NCBI GenBank assembly: GCA_000091165.1
Contig: FP565575.1
Location: 150,001-182,000, forward strand
Source of the DNA: Candidatus Methylomirabilis oxygeniifera
GTDB lineage: Bacteria; Methylomirabilota; Methylomirabilia; Methylomirabilales; Methylomirabilaceae
Length of the DNA: 32,000 nt
Direction of reading: 5' to 3'
Every line of letters starts with the position of its first letter. Within the stretch, counting starts at the first letter, position 1. The notes below the pieces were generated by a model that worked only from the letters and a program-made list of their open reading frames with translations, did no database searches and was not told the origin of the DNA. Made by a program: the position numbers and the translations under genes. Positions 1 through 7,965 of the stretch are shown here, piece by piece.

Positions 1-449
1 CCCTAGTAAGGGCGCAGGATCGGGGGTCCTCGGCCGGTCCCCAACAATGTGGCTCTTCCGGGTTTCGGGTACGTAAGGATCGCATTCTCCTGAAAAATGA
101 AGTTATTGAGCGTGGTCAGACATAACTCCATGGGGTACGTACCGTCAATACGCCTTTTGGCGTATACGATCCACTTTTCCTGATAATTCTAATGTCTGAC
201 TCGCCGTTCTCACGAAGAGCCATAGATTACGATGAGAACATTGTACTAATAATACACAGGCTTATAGCGATGGAATATAGCAGTAGACGGAAGAATAAGT
301 CACTACCAATCACTGATCCGGCCGCTTGCCGGCCTGCCTTCGTGATGGACATCTCTCTTGATCTATGATAGGAAATCGTTGTAGCGGGTCCCTACAGAAG
401 GGCCTCCGTTAACGCATAACACAATACAATAACCGAAGGGAGAGCGAGG

Positions 450-1427
450 ATGATGCCGAAAACAAGTCATCGAAGCTGCCGATGCCTCGTAATCGCGCTT
501 CTGTGGTGGTTCGCTCATGTTTCGTCGGCCGCTGCGGCCGGACCGATGGCCTATGTGGCGAATGAAAAATCCGATGATGTGTCGGTCATCGACACTTCAA
601 CGAATACAGTGATCCGCACGATCGCGGTGGGTAAGCGGCCGAGAGGCGTGGCGATCTCGCCGGACCGACGTCACGTGTACATTGCCAACGGCAATTCCGA
701 TGACATTAGTATCATCGATGCCGAGGTTGGGAAGGTCGTGGAAACATGGCCTGCAGGGGTCGACCCCGAGGGGGTGGCGCTGAGTCCTGACGGGACCCGT
801 CTGTACGCAGTGAACGAGAATGGCGGAACGGTCACGGTGATCAACACCAAGACCGGCACAGTGATTGCCACCATCGAGGTCCAGGTAGAGCCGGAGTCGA
901 TTGCCGTCAGTCCCGATGGACAGGTTGCCTACGTCTCCAACGAAACATCGAATACGATTTCGGTTATCGATACGGCGACCCTCAAGGTACTAACGGCTAT
1001 CCCGGTTGCGAAGAACCCGCGTGGGATCGCCTTCAGCCCTGACGGCAAGTATGCCTACGTGACCAGCGAGCAGGTCGAGCCCGGCGTGCTGTCGGTGATC
1101 GAGGTGGCTCGCCATAAGGTGATCAAGAGCATCCCGGTCGGCGAACGGCCGGTTGGAGTGGTGGTGTCACGGGACGGTCGCACCCTTTATGTGGCGCACG
1201 GCCGGAGTAATGCCGTCTATGTCGTCGATGCCCGCACCTTGACCGTCACCAAACAGATCCCGGTGGGCCAGCGGGCCTGGTACCTGGCCTTTACGCCGGA
1301 CGAGCAACGTCTCTATGTCGCCTGTGGTCGCAGCGACGCGGTGTCGGTGATTGATGTCGCAGCCGGGAAAGTCATCGCCACGGTTCCGGTCGGCAAGATA
1401 CCGTTTGGCGTCGCCATTCCACAGTAA
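450..1427 (+). CDS. Secreted YVTN-family 7-bladed beta-propeller repeat protein
   Basis: 325-aa ORF preceded by GAAGGGAGAGCGAGG (Shine-Dalgarno-like). It has an N-terminal signal peptide (LLWWFAHVSSAAAAG). Seven tandem ~42-aa units follow the pattern (A/L)YV(A/S)N..S..(V/I)SVID..T..V...I.VG..P.G(V/I)A.SPDG, which is the YVTN beta-propeller repeat signature. Confidence 0.85.
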   Translation: MMPKTSHRSCRCLVIALLWWFAHVSSAAAAGPMAYVANEKSDDVSVIDTSTNTVIRTIAVGKRPRGVAISPDRRHVYIANGNSDDISIIDAEVGKVVETWPAGVDPEGVALSPDGTRLYAVNENGGTVTVINTKTGTVIATIEVQVEPESIAVSPDGQVAYVSNETSNTISVIDTATLKVLTAIPVAKNPRGIAFSPDGKYAYVTSEQVEPGVLSVIEVARHKVIKSIPVGERPVGVVVSRDGRTLYVAHGRSNAVYVVDARTLTVTKQIPVGQRAWYLAFTPDEQRLYVACGRSDAVSVIDVAAGKVIATVPVGKIPFGVAIPQ

Positions 1428-1447
1428 TGACAGTAGGTAGATAGACC

Positions 1448-1547
1448 GAAGACTGACGACTGAAGGATCCTGATCCTCCGCCTTCAGCCTATCGACCTTT
1501 AGTCTTCAGTCTGCACTTGAACGCTGACCGCTGAACGCTTTTTCTAA
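1448..1547. repeat. Compound-hairpin intergenic repeat, copy 1 (CTGAAGG/CCTTCAG arms plus GCTGACCGCTGAACGCTTTTTCTAA tail)
   Basis: GAAGACT (1448-1454) pairs with AGTCTTC (1501-1507). CTGAAGG (1460-1466) pairs with CCTTCAG (1481-1487). GGATC pairs with GATCC in the centre. The tail at 1522-1547 is nearly identical to 1933-1958. Confidence 0.6.
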
Positions 1548-1558
1548 GGAGATCGTCC

Positions 1559-1834
1559 ATGCCAAAGTATCTGATCGAGCGTGATATCCCGGGGGCGGGC
1601 AAGCTGTCGTCTCAGGAGCTTCAGGTCATTTCGCAAAAGTCGTGCGGCGTGCTCGGAAAGCTGGGGCCGCAGATTCAGTGGGTCCACAGCTACGTGACTG
1701 ACGAGAAGGTGTACTGTGTCTACATTGCACCAAATGCCGACATGGTCCTGGAGCATGCCCGCAATGGCGGCTTCCCGGCGAACCGGGTGTCGGAGATCAG
1801 ATCGATGATCGACCCCACAACCGCCGAAGGATGA
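1559..1834 (+). CDS. DUF4242 domain protein (small conserved protein, function unknown)
   Basis: 91-aa ORF with an AAGGAG SD 8 nt upstream. The sequence MPKYLIERDIPGAGKLS..ELQ.IS.KSC.VL...GP.IQWV.SYVT.DK.YCVY.AP......EHAR.GGFPAN matches my memory of the DUF4242 family consensus. Confidence 0.8.
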   Translation: MPKYLIERDIPGAGKLSSQELQVISQKSCGVLGKLGPQIQWVHSYVTDEKVYCVYIAPNADMVLEHARNGGFPANRVSEIRSMIDPTTAEG

Positions 1835-1958
1835 AGCGATCAGCGGTCAGGGGCGTAGGCTGAAGGCTGAAGGATTCTTCAGGTCTCCTACCTTCAGTCT
1901 ATTCACCTTCGGCCTTCCGCCTGAGGCTGATAGCTGACTGCTGTTCGCTGTTTTCTAA
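1835..1958. repeat. Compound-hairpin intergenic repeat, copy 2 (~115-bp imperfect palindrome plus T-rich tail)
   Basis: Outer arms AGCGATCAGCGGTCAG (1835-1850) and CTGACTGCTGTTCGCT (1934-1949). Inner tandem CTGAAGGCTGAAGG (1860-1873) pairs with CTTCAG (1877-1882) and CCTTCAG (1891-1897). The element ends in GTTTTCTAA, like copy 1. Confidence 0.6.
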
Positions 1959-1961
1959 ACC

Positions 1962-1990
1962 TTGACAACTCCGCTGAGAGGTTGGAAAAT
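1962..1990 (+). promoter_or_regulatory. Candidate sigma70-type promoter for the 2064 gene
   Basis: TTGACA (1962-1967), a 17-nt spacer, then GAAAAT (1985-1990), about 75 nt upstream of the ATG. Sequence match only. Confidence 0.3.
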
Positions 1991-2063
1991 CGCCGCGATT
2001 ATTACACGATCCGGTACTCACTCAGCCTGGTATAGTTCCTGACTGGTAAAGGGAGATTGATGC

Positions 2064-2606
2064 ATGTCCGAGACGGCAGCGGAAATAACCTACGTTGACA
2101 ATATATTCGGAATCGTGACAGATCAACGGGTTGTTTACCACCCGAATAGAGGGTGGTTGACGGAAGGGGGCGAGGAGGATGCGCCCCTCAGCCATATCGC
2201 GTCGGTCGAATTCGAAATATCCCGCAGCCTCAGCAATGGGATCCTGCTTATTGTCATGGGGGTGCCGACGATACTGGTGCTTGTCGGCGTGATCTTTATC
2301 CTGTTCGGCTACTGCCTCCTCAAGGGCACGCCAACTGTTATCGTGAACACGACGGATGGGAAACGCGAGGTGATGAAGGGCTGGCCGTGGCAACGCGGAC
2401 AGGCCGAGGAGTTCGTGAAGGCGCTTCAAGGCCGCATTGCGCCTGGCCAGGAGGTTCGCCTTCAGTATGTCAGTTCGGCTTCGGTCGGGACATTGAGCCA
2501 CCAGCTCAGCGGACCTATCCTGTCTGTGATCGTGATCTCGCTGTTTGTCATTGTGTTCTGCGCCGTCGCCTGGTTGGTCATGCTGCTAGGCCTATCTCCC
2601 TTTTAG
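2064..2606 (+). CDS. Hypothetical membrane protein (possibly PH-like fold interrupted by TM segments)
   Basis: 180-aa ORF with an AAGGGAG SD about 9 nt upstream. There are two clear hydrophobic helices (ILLIVMGVPTILVLVGVIFILFGYCLL and ILSVIVISLFVIVFCAVAWLVMLLGL). Its frame is preferred over two overlapping Arg/Pro-rich ORFs. Confidence 0.6.
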   Translation: MSETAAEITYVDNIFGIVTDQRVVYHPNRGWLTEGGEEDAPLSHIASVEFEISRSLSNGILLIVMGVPTILVLVGVIFILFGYCLLKGTPTVIVNTTDGKREVMKGWPWQRGQAEEFVKALQGRIAPGQEVRLQYVSSASVGTLSHQLSGPILSVIVISLFVIVFCAVAWLVMLLGLSPF

Positions 2607-2648
2607 CTGCGACAACGGATGGTACTCATGATGTAAGGAGGAGCTGAA

Positions 2649-2870
2649 ATGTTCCTAAAAGAAAAGCAAACCGATCGTCTGATAGAAATCCTTGACCTTT
2701 CCGCGCTGTTTGATCCGCTTCAGTCGGTTGTGATGGGTCGAATCCATGCCGGCGAAGAGATGCAGGATCCCGCCGGCTTTGATAAGGCCGATCTGATCTT
2801 TCCTTCCGGCGAATCGTTGCCACGCTATTGGGTGGACGCGCATTACAGAGATGCGGCCACCGGTAAATAG
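2649..2870 (+). CDS. Small conserved protein of unknown function
   Basis: 73-aa ORF with a strong AGGAGG SD. MFLKEK....LIEIL.L..LFDP......GR.HAGEE.QDP..F.K..LIFPSGE.LP..W.D..YR resembles a small family I recall from cyanobacteria and proteobacteria. That family is sometimes auto-annotated as acetyltransferase. Confidence 0.55.
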   Translation: MFLKEKQTDRLIEILDLSALFDPLQSVVMGRIHAGEEMQDPAGFDKADLIFPSGESLPRYWVDAHYRDAATGK

Positions 2871-2902
2871 TGCGCCTCGAAAGATCATAAGGGGTGAGGT
2901 GT

Positions 2903-2936
2903 GAGGTCTCTTGACCTCTAACGGCGTTTTTGTTTT
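2903..2936 (+). terminator. Weak intrinsic-terminator-like hairpin
   Basis: GAGGTC-TCTT-GACCTC (2903-2918), a perfect 6-bp stem. It is followed, after 8 nt, by TTTTTGTTTT. Confidence 0.35.
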
Positions 2937-2971
2937 AATAACGAATTCTCACATCATAAGAAGGGACGCCT

Positions 2972-3985
2972 ATGAGCAATATGTCGACGATGAATGAGTG
3001 CCTGAGCCGTAACCTTGGACTTGAACTGGTCCGCGTGACCGAGGCTGCTGCGTTGGCCGCAGGGCGATGGATGGGGCGCGGGCAGAAGGATGCGGGTGAT
3101 GGGGCGGCCGTCCATGCGATGCGGGCGATGCTCAGAACGGTCGAAATCAACGGTGTGGTCGTCATCGGCGAAGGCGAAAAAGATGAGGCGCCCATGCTGT
3201 TCAATGGCGAGGCGGTTGGAACCGGTGACGGACCTGCTGTAGACGTGGCAGTGGACCCGGTGGAGGGGACCAGCCTGCTGGCCCATGGCCGACCTGATTC
3301 GATCGCCGTCATCGGCGTGGCGCCTCGCGGCGCCATGTGGTCACCCGGACCAGGCTTCTACATGAACAAGCTGGTCGTCGGACGAGAGGCGCGGGACGCC
3401 GTCTCCCTATCGAGTTTCACCGCACCGGTAGCCGACACGCTTGCCGCTATCGGTGAGGCGAAACATAAGGCCGTAGCGGATCTCACGGTATTCGTACTCG
3501 ATAAGCCCAGACATGCTGAACTGATCAGCGCGCTTCGCGCCGCCGGCGCGCGTGTGCTGACACGCACCGACGGCGACGTAGCCGGCGCGCTGATGGCTGC
3601 GACACCGGACTCCGGAGTAGACATGCTGATGGGTATCGGCGGGACGCCGGAAGGCGTCATTGCCGCCTGCGCTGTCCGTGCATTGGGCGGGGCGATGTTG
3701 GGTCAACTGGCCCCTCAGAAACCCGGCGAACGCGAGGCGTTACTCGATGCGGGTCTCGATATCGACAGAGTGCTGACCGAGCGCGATCTCGTGTCCAGCA
3801 ATGACGTATTTTTTGCGGCGACCGGTATTACCGACGGCTTGTTGATGCAAGGCGTACGATATGCCGATAGTGGTTCGACGACTCATTCGATCGTTATGCG
3901 TGGCAAGAGCCGGACGAGACGTACGATTCAGGCAGAACACTGCCCGGATGAGGTCAAGACGATTAGGTTGTGTCACCAGATTTAG
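2972..3985 (+). CDS. glpX: Class II fructose-1,6-bisphosphatase (GlpX type; possibly also sedoheptulose bisphosphatase)
   Basis: 337 aa. LELVRVTEAAALAAGRWMGRG.KD..DGAAV.AMR......I.G.VVIGEGEKDEAPML and DPV(E/D)GT plus GIGGTPEGV are typical GlpX blocks. Confidence 0.9.
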   Translation: MSNMSTMNECLSRNLGLELVRVTEAAALAAGRWMGRGQKDAGDGAAVHAMRAMLRTVEINGVVVIGEGEKDEAPMLFNGEAVGTGDGPAVDVAVDPVEGTSLLAHGRPDSIAVIGVAPRGAMWSPGPGFYMNKLVVGREARDAVSLSSFTAPVADTLAAIGEAKHKAVADLTVFVLDKPRHAELISALRAAGARVLTRTDGDVAGALMAATPDSGVDMLMGIGGTPEGVIAACAVRALGGAMLGQLAPQKPGEREALLDAGLDIDRVLTERDLVSSNDVFFAATGITDGLLMQGVRYADSGSTTHSIVMRGKSRTRRTIQAEHCPDEVKTIRLCHQI

Positions 3986-4022
3986 AACGGACATAGGACC
4001 TACAGTGAGATAGGAGGACGGT

Positions 4023-5087
4023 ATGGCACTGGTTTCGATGCGACAGTTGCTCGATCACGCCGCCGAGTATGGGTATGGCGTTCCCGCTTTTAACGTGAAC
4101 AATATGGAACAGATTCAGGCCATCATGGAGGCCGCCCATGAGACGGACAGCCCCGTGATCATGCAGGCTTCCGCCGGCGCCCGCAAGTATGCCGGTGAAC
4201 CGTTCCTCCGCCATCTGTTTCTGGCGGCGTCAGAGATGTATCCTGACATTCCGGTCGTTGTCCACCAGGATCACGGCGCGTCTCCGGCGGTGTGTATCGC
4301 CTCCATCCGCTCAGGTTTCAGCAGCGTCATGATGGACGGCTCGCTGTTGGCGGACGGCAAGACCCCGTCGTCGTATGACTATAATGTCGCGACAACGGCT
4401 CATATTGCTGAGGTTGCCCACGCGATCGGCGTGTCGGTGGAGGGGGAGCTGGGTTGCCTGGGTTCCCTTGAAACCGGGACGGGCGAGAAGGAAGACAGCC
4501 ATGGCGCCGAGGGGACGCTCTCACGGGATCAGCTTCTGACCGACCCGGAGCAGGCTGCTCAGTTCGTCAAGGCTACCAAAGTGGATGCGCTCGCCATTGC
4601 CATCGGCACCAGCCACGGCGCCTATAAATTCTCCAAGAAACCCGAGGGCGATGTCCTCGTGATGGAGCGGGTCAAAGAGATCCATGCACGCATTCCGGAT
4701 ACCCATCTGGTCATGCACGGCTCCTCAAGCGTGCCCCAGGAGTGGCTGAAGATCATTAGGGAATTCGGCGGCGACATGCCGCAGACCTACGGGGTCCCGA
4801 TCGAAGAGATTCAGCTTGGGATCAAGCATGGCGTACGGAAGGTGAACATCGATACCGATCTGCGCCTGGCGGCAACCGGAGCTATTCGGCAGGACTTGGC
4901 GCAAAACAAAAAGAACTTTGACCCGCGTAAGTTCCTGACGGCGGCGACGAAGGCGATGCGGCAGATCTGCAAACAGCGCTATGAACAGTTGGGGAGCGCC
5001 GGCAATGCGAGCAAGATCCGTGCGATCTCCCTGGACGATATGGCTCACCGCTACCTCAAGGGCGAGCTCGACCCGCGCGTTCACTAG
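4023..5087 (+). CDS. fba: Class II fructose-bisphosphate aldolase (Calvin-cycle/CbbA-like subtype)
   Basis: 354 aa with an [44 protein letters not shown]...SPVI.Q.S.GAR.YAG, HQDHG and GTSHGAYKF are class II aldolase signatures. Confidence 0.92.
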   Translation: MALVSMRQLLDHAAEYGYGVPAFNVNNMEQIQAIMEAAHETDSPVIMQASAGARKYAGEPFLRHLFLAASEMYPDIPVVVHQDHGASPAVCIASIRSGFSSVMMDGSLLADGKTPSSYDYNVATTAHIAEVAHAIGVSVEGELGCLGSLETGTGEKEDSHGAEGTLSRDQLLTDPEQAAQFVKATKVDALAIAIGTSHGAYKFSKKPEGDVLVMERVKEIHARIPDTHLVMHGSSSVPQEWLKIIREFGGDMPQTYGVPIEEIQLGIKHGVRKVNIDTDLRLAATGAIRQDLAQNKKNFDPRKFLTAATKAMRQICKQRYEQLGSAGNASKIRAISLDDMAHRYLKGELDPRVH

Positions 5088-5090
5088 CCC

Positions 5091-5756
5091 GTGGCCACGT
5101 ATAAGATTGCCCCTTCGATTCTTTCTGCCGACTTCGCCCGGCTGGGCGAAGAGGTGCGCGCTGTGGATGCGGCCGGCGCCGACTACATTCACGTCGATGT
5201 GATGGACAATCACTTCGTGCCCAATCTTACCATCGGGCCGGCCGTGGTTGCCGCGATCAGACCCCACACGGCAAAACCGCTGGATGTCCACCTGATGATC
5301 GAGCCTGTTGACCCGATCATTCCCGACTTCGCGAAAAGCGGGGCCGACATTATTACGGTACACCCGGAGGCGACTCGCCATCTCGATCGTACCATCCAGC
5401 TCATCAAGGGTCTCGGCTGTCGGGCAGGTGTCTCTCTCAATCCGGCAAGTCCAATCGCTTGGATGGATCATGTGCTGGAGCAACTGGACTTGGTGCTGGT
5501 GATGAGTGTGAACCCGGGATTCGGCGGTCAGAGCTTTATCGACTATGTGCTGCCGAAGATCACGGTCATTCGTCGGCGCATCGACGCGATCGGAAAAGCG
5601 ATCGATCTGGAGGTGGACGGCGGCGTGAAGGTGGAGAACGTACGCCGCGTTGCGGACGCCGGGGCTGACACCTTTGTGGCAGGCTCCGCTGTCTTCGGAA
5701 CCCCGGACTACGCGGCCACCATAGCCCGGTTTCGGACCGCTCTCGGCGGCGCGTGA
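5091..5756 (+). CDS. rpe: Ribulose-phosphate 3-epimerase
   Basis: 221 aa with a GTG start 3 nt after the fba stop. [18 protein letters not shown](V/I)[24 protein letters not shown] and DGG are canonical Rpe blocks. Confidence 0.92.
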   Translation: MATYKIAPSILSADFARLGEEVRAVDAAGADYIHVDVMDNHFVPNLTIGPAVVAAIRPHTAKPLDVHLMIEPVDPIIPDFAKSGADIITVHPEATRHLDRTIQLIKGLGCRAGVSLNPASPIAWMDHVLEQLDLVLVMSVNPGFGGQSFIDYVLPKITVIRRRIDAIGKAIDLEVDGGVKVENVRRVADAGADTFVAGSAVFGTPDYAATIARFRTALGGA

Positions 5757-5846
5757 GAGGTGGTTGTAAATCCATACGTGATGAGATTGCAGACTCGGCG
5801 TGACTATTGTTCCTCAGAAAATCGCCTACGACTGAAACCCTCCGTG

Positions 5847-5884
5847 CCCCCCTTTGCTAAAGGGGGGTTAGGGGGGATTTTCTT
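5847..5884 (+). terminator. Strong hairpin downstream of rpe with a second competing G6 tract
   Basis: CCCCCCTTT-GCT-AAAGGGGGG (5847-5867), a perfect 9-bp stem. It is followed by TTAGGGGGGATTTTCTT. The second G6 could pair alternatively with the single C6. Confidence 0.45.
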
Positions 5885-5910
5885 ACTGTAGGGGTAGGCC
5901 GCGGAGGACC

Positions 5911-6711
5911 ATGGCCATTCGATTAAAATGGCTGCTCGCCTGCTGTATTGCCGTCCTTGCCTGCGTCGGCGTGACGGCTTGCCAGACTGTTCCCATTACG
6001 GGCCGATCCCAACTCCTGTTACTCTCGGAAGCGGATGAGATGCAGATGGGAATCCAATCGTATCAGGAGGTCGTGAAAAAATCCAAGCTTTCGAAAGATC
6101 CCGCGACTAATGAGATGGTGAAGCGCGTCGGGACGCGCATTGCGGCGGCTACCGGGCGGACCGATTTCCAGTGGGAGTTTACGGTCATCGAGGATCCGCA
6201 GGCCAATGCGTTTGCGCTGCCAGGCGGGAAGGTGGCGGTCTATACCGGTATTCTTCCCATCACGCGGGATGAGACCGGACTGGCGGCGGTCCTTGGGCAT
6301 GAGATCGCCCATGCCGTTGCGCGGCACGGAGCCGAACGCGTGAGTCAGAACCTTCTTGTGCAAGTAGGATTGGCCGGCACGATGGCCGCCTTTTCCAAGG
6401 GCGATCCGAAGACACGACAGTCGGTCGGCGCGCTGCTGGGTGCCGGTGCGGCCGTGGGGCTGGTGCTGCCCTGGAGTCGCAGCCAGGAATCTGAGGCCGA
6501 TCACTTAGGGCTCATTTATATGGCGAAGGCGGGGTACAACCCCAGCGCAGCGCGCGACCTCTGGATCCGCATGGCTGAGGCGTCCAAAGGCCATGACCGC
6601 CCCCCGGAGTTTCTCTCCACCCACCCGGCGGAGGCGACCCGCATTCAGCAAATCGAAGCCTGGCTTCCCGAGGCATCGCAGTATTACCGCCCGGGACCAG
6701 GCAAGCGGTAA
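5911..6711 (+). CDS. M48-family zinc metallopeptidase, lipoprotein (LoiP/YggG-like)
   Basis: 266 aa. Signal peptide with lipobox VTAC. HEIAH zinc motif (GHEIAHAVARHGAE) and a downstream ESEADHLG third-ligand region. NAFALPGG is typical of this family. Confidence 0.85.
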   Translation: MAIRLKWLLACCIAVLACVGVTACQTVPITGRSQLLLLSEADEMQMGIQSYQEVVKKSKLSKDPATNEMVKRVGTRIAAATGRTDFQWEFTVIEDPQANAFALPGGKVAVYTGILPITRDETGLAAVLGHEIAHAVARHGAERVSQNLLVQVGLAGTMAAFSKGDPKTRQSVGALLGAGAAVGLVLPWSRSQESEADHLGLIYMAKAGYNPSAARDLWIRMAEASKGHDRPPEFLSTHPAEATRIQQIEAWLPEASQYYRPGPGKR

Positions 6712-6771
6712 TCAGCCGGCAGCCTCTGCAGTGGCCCGGCATTACTGAGCGGAGAGCGTCTGCCCCTTGCC

Positions 6772-7947
6772 TCATCGGCAAACGACATTCCTGGGATCAA
6801 GGGTCGGCAGTCTCCCCTCGCGATAGAAGATCAGCGCAAGCAGTACGAGACTGTTCGCGTAGTAGTCATTGCTGTCTTCGAAGAGGTGCGCGTCCTTATT
6901 GAAGGCGTTGCGTAGCTTCCCGAGAACGCCGGTCAGGACAGGGCCGTTCGACCTCGCCAATGCCGACAGGCTCATGGCATAAGCGGCTACGTGTTCGTAT
7001 TGCCCGGCCGGTCTGCCATCATACGTGTACTCGGCAAAGAATCGACCGCCGCGCCTCTCCCACTCCTGTGTGTAGAAATCCCTCATACCATCAAGGTAGC
7101 GCCTAGCCCGATCCTCCCCGAACCACAGCGCATCCATTCCGAGTCGCCACGGGGTTCGAATAGCATCCCAGCTAAACCGATCCGAAAATCCCGTGGCGTG
7201 CGTCAGGACTCCGTCCGCTGTGAGAAGCAGCCAATCCGGCACCAAGCCCACGCCTGTGGTCCCGGCGAAGCGCTTCGAAGCCGTCTCGATGAGGTGATAG
7301 CTTCCCTCGATCAGGTCGTTCCAACGTGGGTCTCCGGTACATGCAAAGAATATCCGGAAGTGAGCCGGCGACAGATAGGAGGGGTTGATCATGTAGGCGT
7401 CGCGCCCTTTTCTCCAGCTCCCCGGCAGGAGATACCTCCGCCCGTTGATCATCTCTGTTTCCAGGTCGAGCAGGTCGTTCATGACCAATCGCGCCTTCCG
7501 GGCATAGCGTTCATCGCGCCAGCGTGTGGAGGCGGTAATCAGCGCGAGGGCATAATCGAGGTCGGCATCGGACGCGCTGTTCCAGTCAGTGACCCCCTTA
7601 CCTGGTTCCCAATGCCAGGCAAGCAGATGGTCGCCGGTGCGACCCTTCCGCGAGAGGTGCGCTTCGGTCCAGTCCAGGACCTTGTCGAATGTCTTTCGGT
7701 CGTCGAGCAGCGACGCGATGAGGAGCGCGTACGCCTGTCCTTCGGAGACCGTATCCCCGCTGTTCCGAGGGCGCTGGACGCGCCCATCCTGGAGGATGAA
7801 CCGCTTGCTGTACCCGCTCCAGGCCTTGACGATCAGATCGACCACCGGATCGATCTCACTCCTTGGACCGTAGGCCGACGCCGTACAGGTGACCACGAGT
7901 ACGCTTATGACCCCGACTACCCTGATGATCCACATGCCGCTCGTCAT
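6772..7947 (-). CDS. Glycoside hydrolase family 8 (BcsZ-like periplasmic endo-beta-glucanase)
   Basis: 391 aa with an N-terminal signal or anchor. SEGQAYALLIA and ASDADLDYALALITASTRW match the GH8 signature A-[ST]-D-[AG]-D-x2-[IM]-A. It is the last gene of the synthase operon. Confidence 0.85.
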   Translation of the reverse strand: MTSGMWIIRVVGVISVLVVTCTASAYGPRSEIDPVVDLIVKAWSGYSKRFILQDGRVQRPRNSGDTVSEGQAYALLIASLLDDRKTFDKVLDWTEAHLSRKGRTGDHLLAWHWEPGKGVTDWNSASDADLDYALALITASTRWRDERYARKARLVMNDLLDLETEMINGRRYLLPGSWRKGRDAYMINPSYLSPAHFRIFFACTGDPRWNDLIEGSYHLIETASKRFAGTTGVGLVPDWLLLTADGVLTHATGFSDRFSWDAIRTPWRLGMDALWFGEDRARRYLDGMRDFYTQEWERRGGRFFAEYTYDGRPAGQYEHVAAYAMSLSALARSNGPVLTGVLGKLRNAFNKDAHLFEDSNDYYANSLVLLALIFYREGRLPTLDPRNVVCR

Positions 7948-7965
7948 ATCGTCACATCGTCAAGG

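Noticed and set aside
1-125. Partial genes at the left edge: plus-strand frame 3 ending at the TAA at 123-125, and a minus-strand ORF starting at the ATG at 85-83 that runs off the window
   Set aside because: Each has only about 28-41 codons and no recognisable motifs. The minus-strand start has AGGAG only 1 nt from the ATG. This is too little evidence to annotate as CDS.
1448-1958. DUF4242 gene as cargo of a transposon or MITE
   Set aside because: Inverted ~16-nt motifs flank the gene, but there is no transposase and no obvious target-site duplication. The flanks are better described as members of a hairpin repeat family that is also present at 15634-15700. I kept this as a finding, not as a mobile_element feature.
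2022-2647. Alternative frames overlapping the 2064-2606 gene (159 aa on the minus strand; 164 aa on the plus strand)
   Set aside because: The 2064 frame has a proper SD and two clean TM helices. The alternatives are Arg/Pro/Gly-rich and lack start-site signals. The call remains only moderately confident.
4725-5483. A 252-aa minus-strand ORF spanning the fba/rpe junction
   Set aside because: It is antisense to two highly conserved enzymes and crosses their boundary. This is a typical high-GC shadow ORF.
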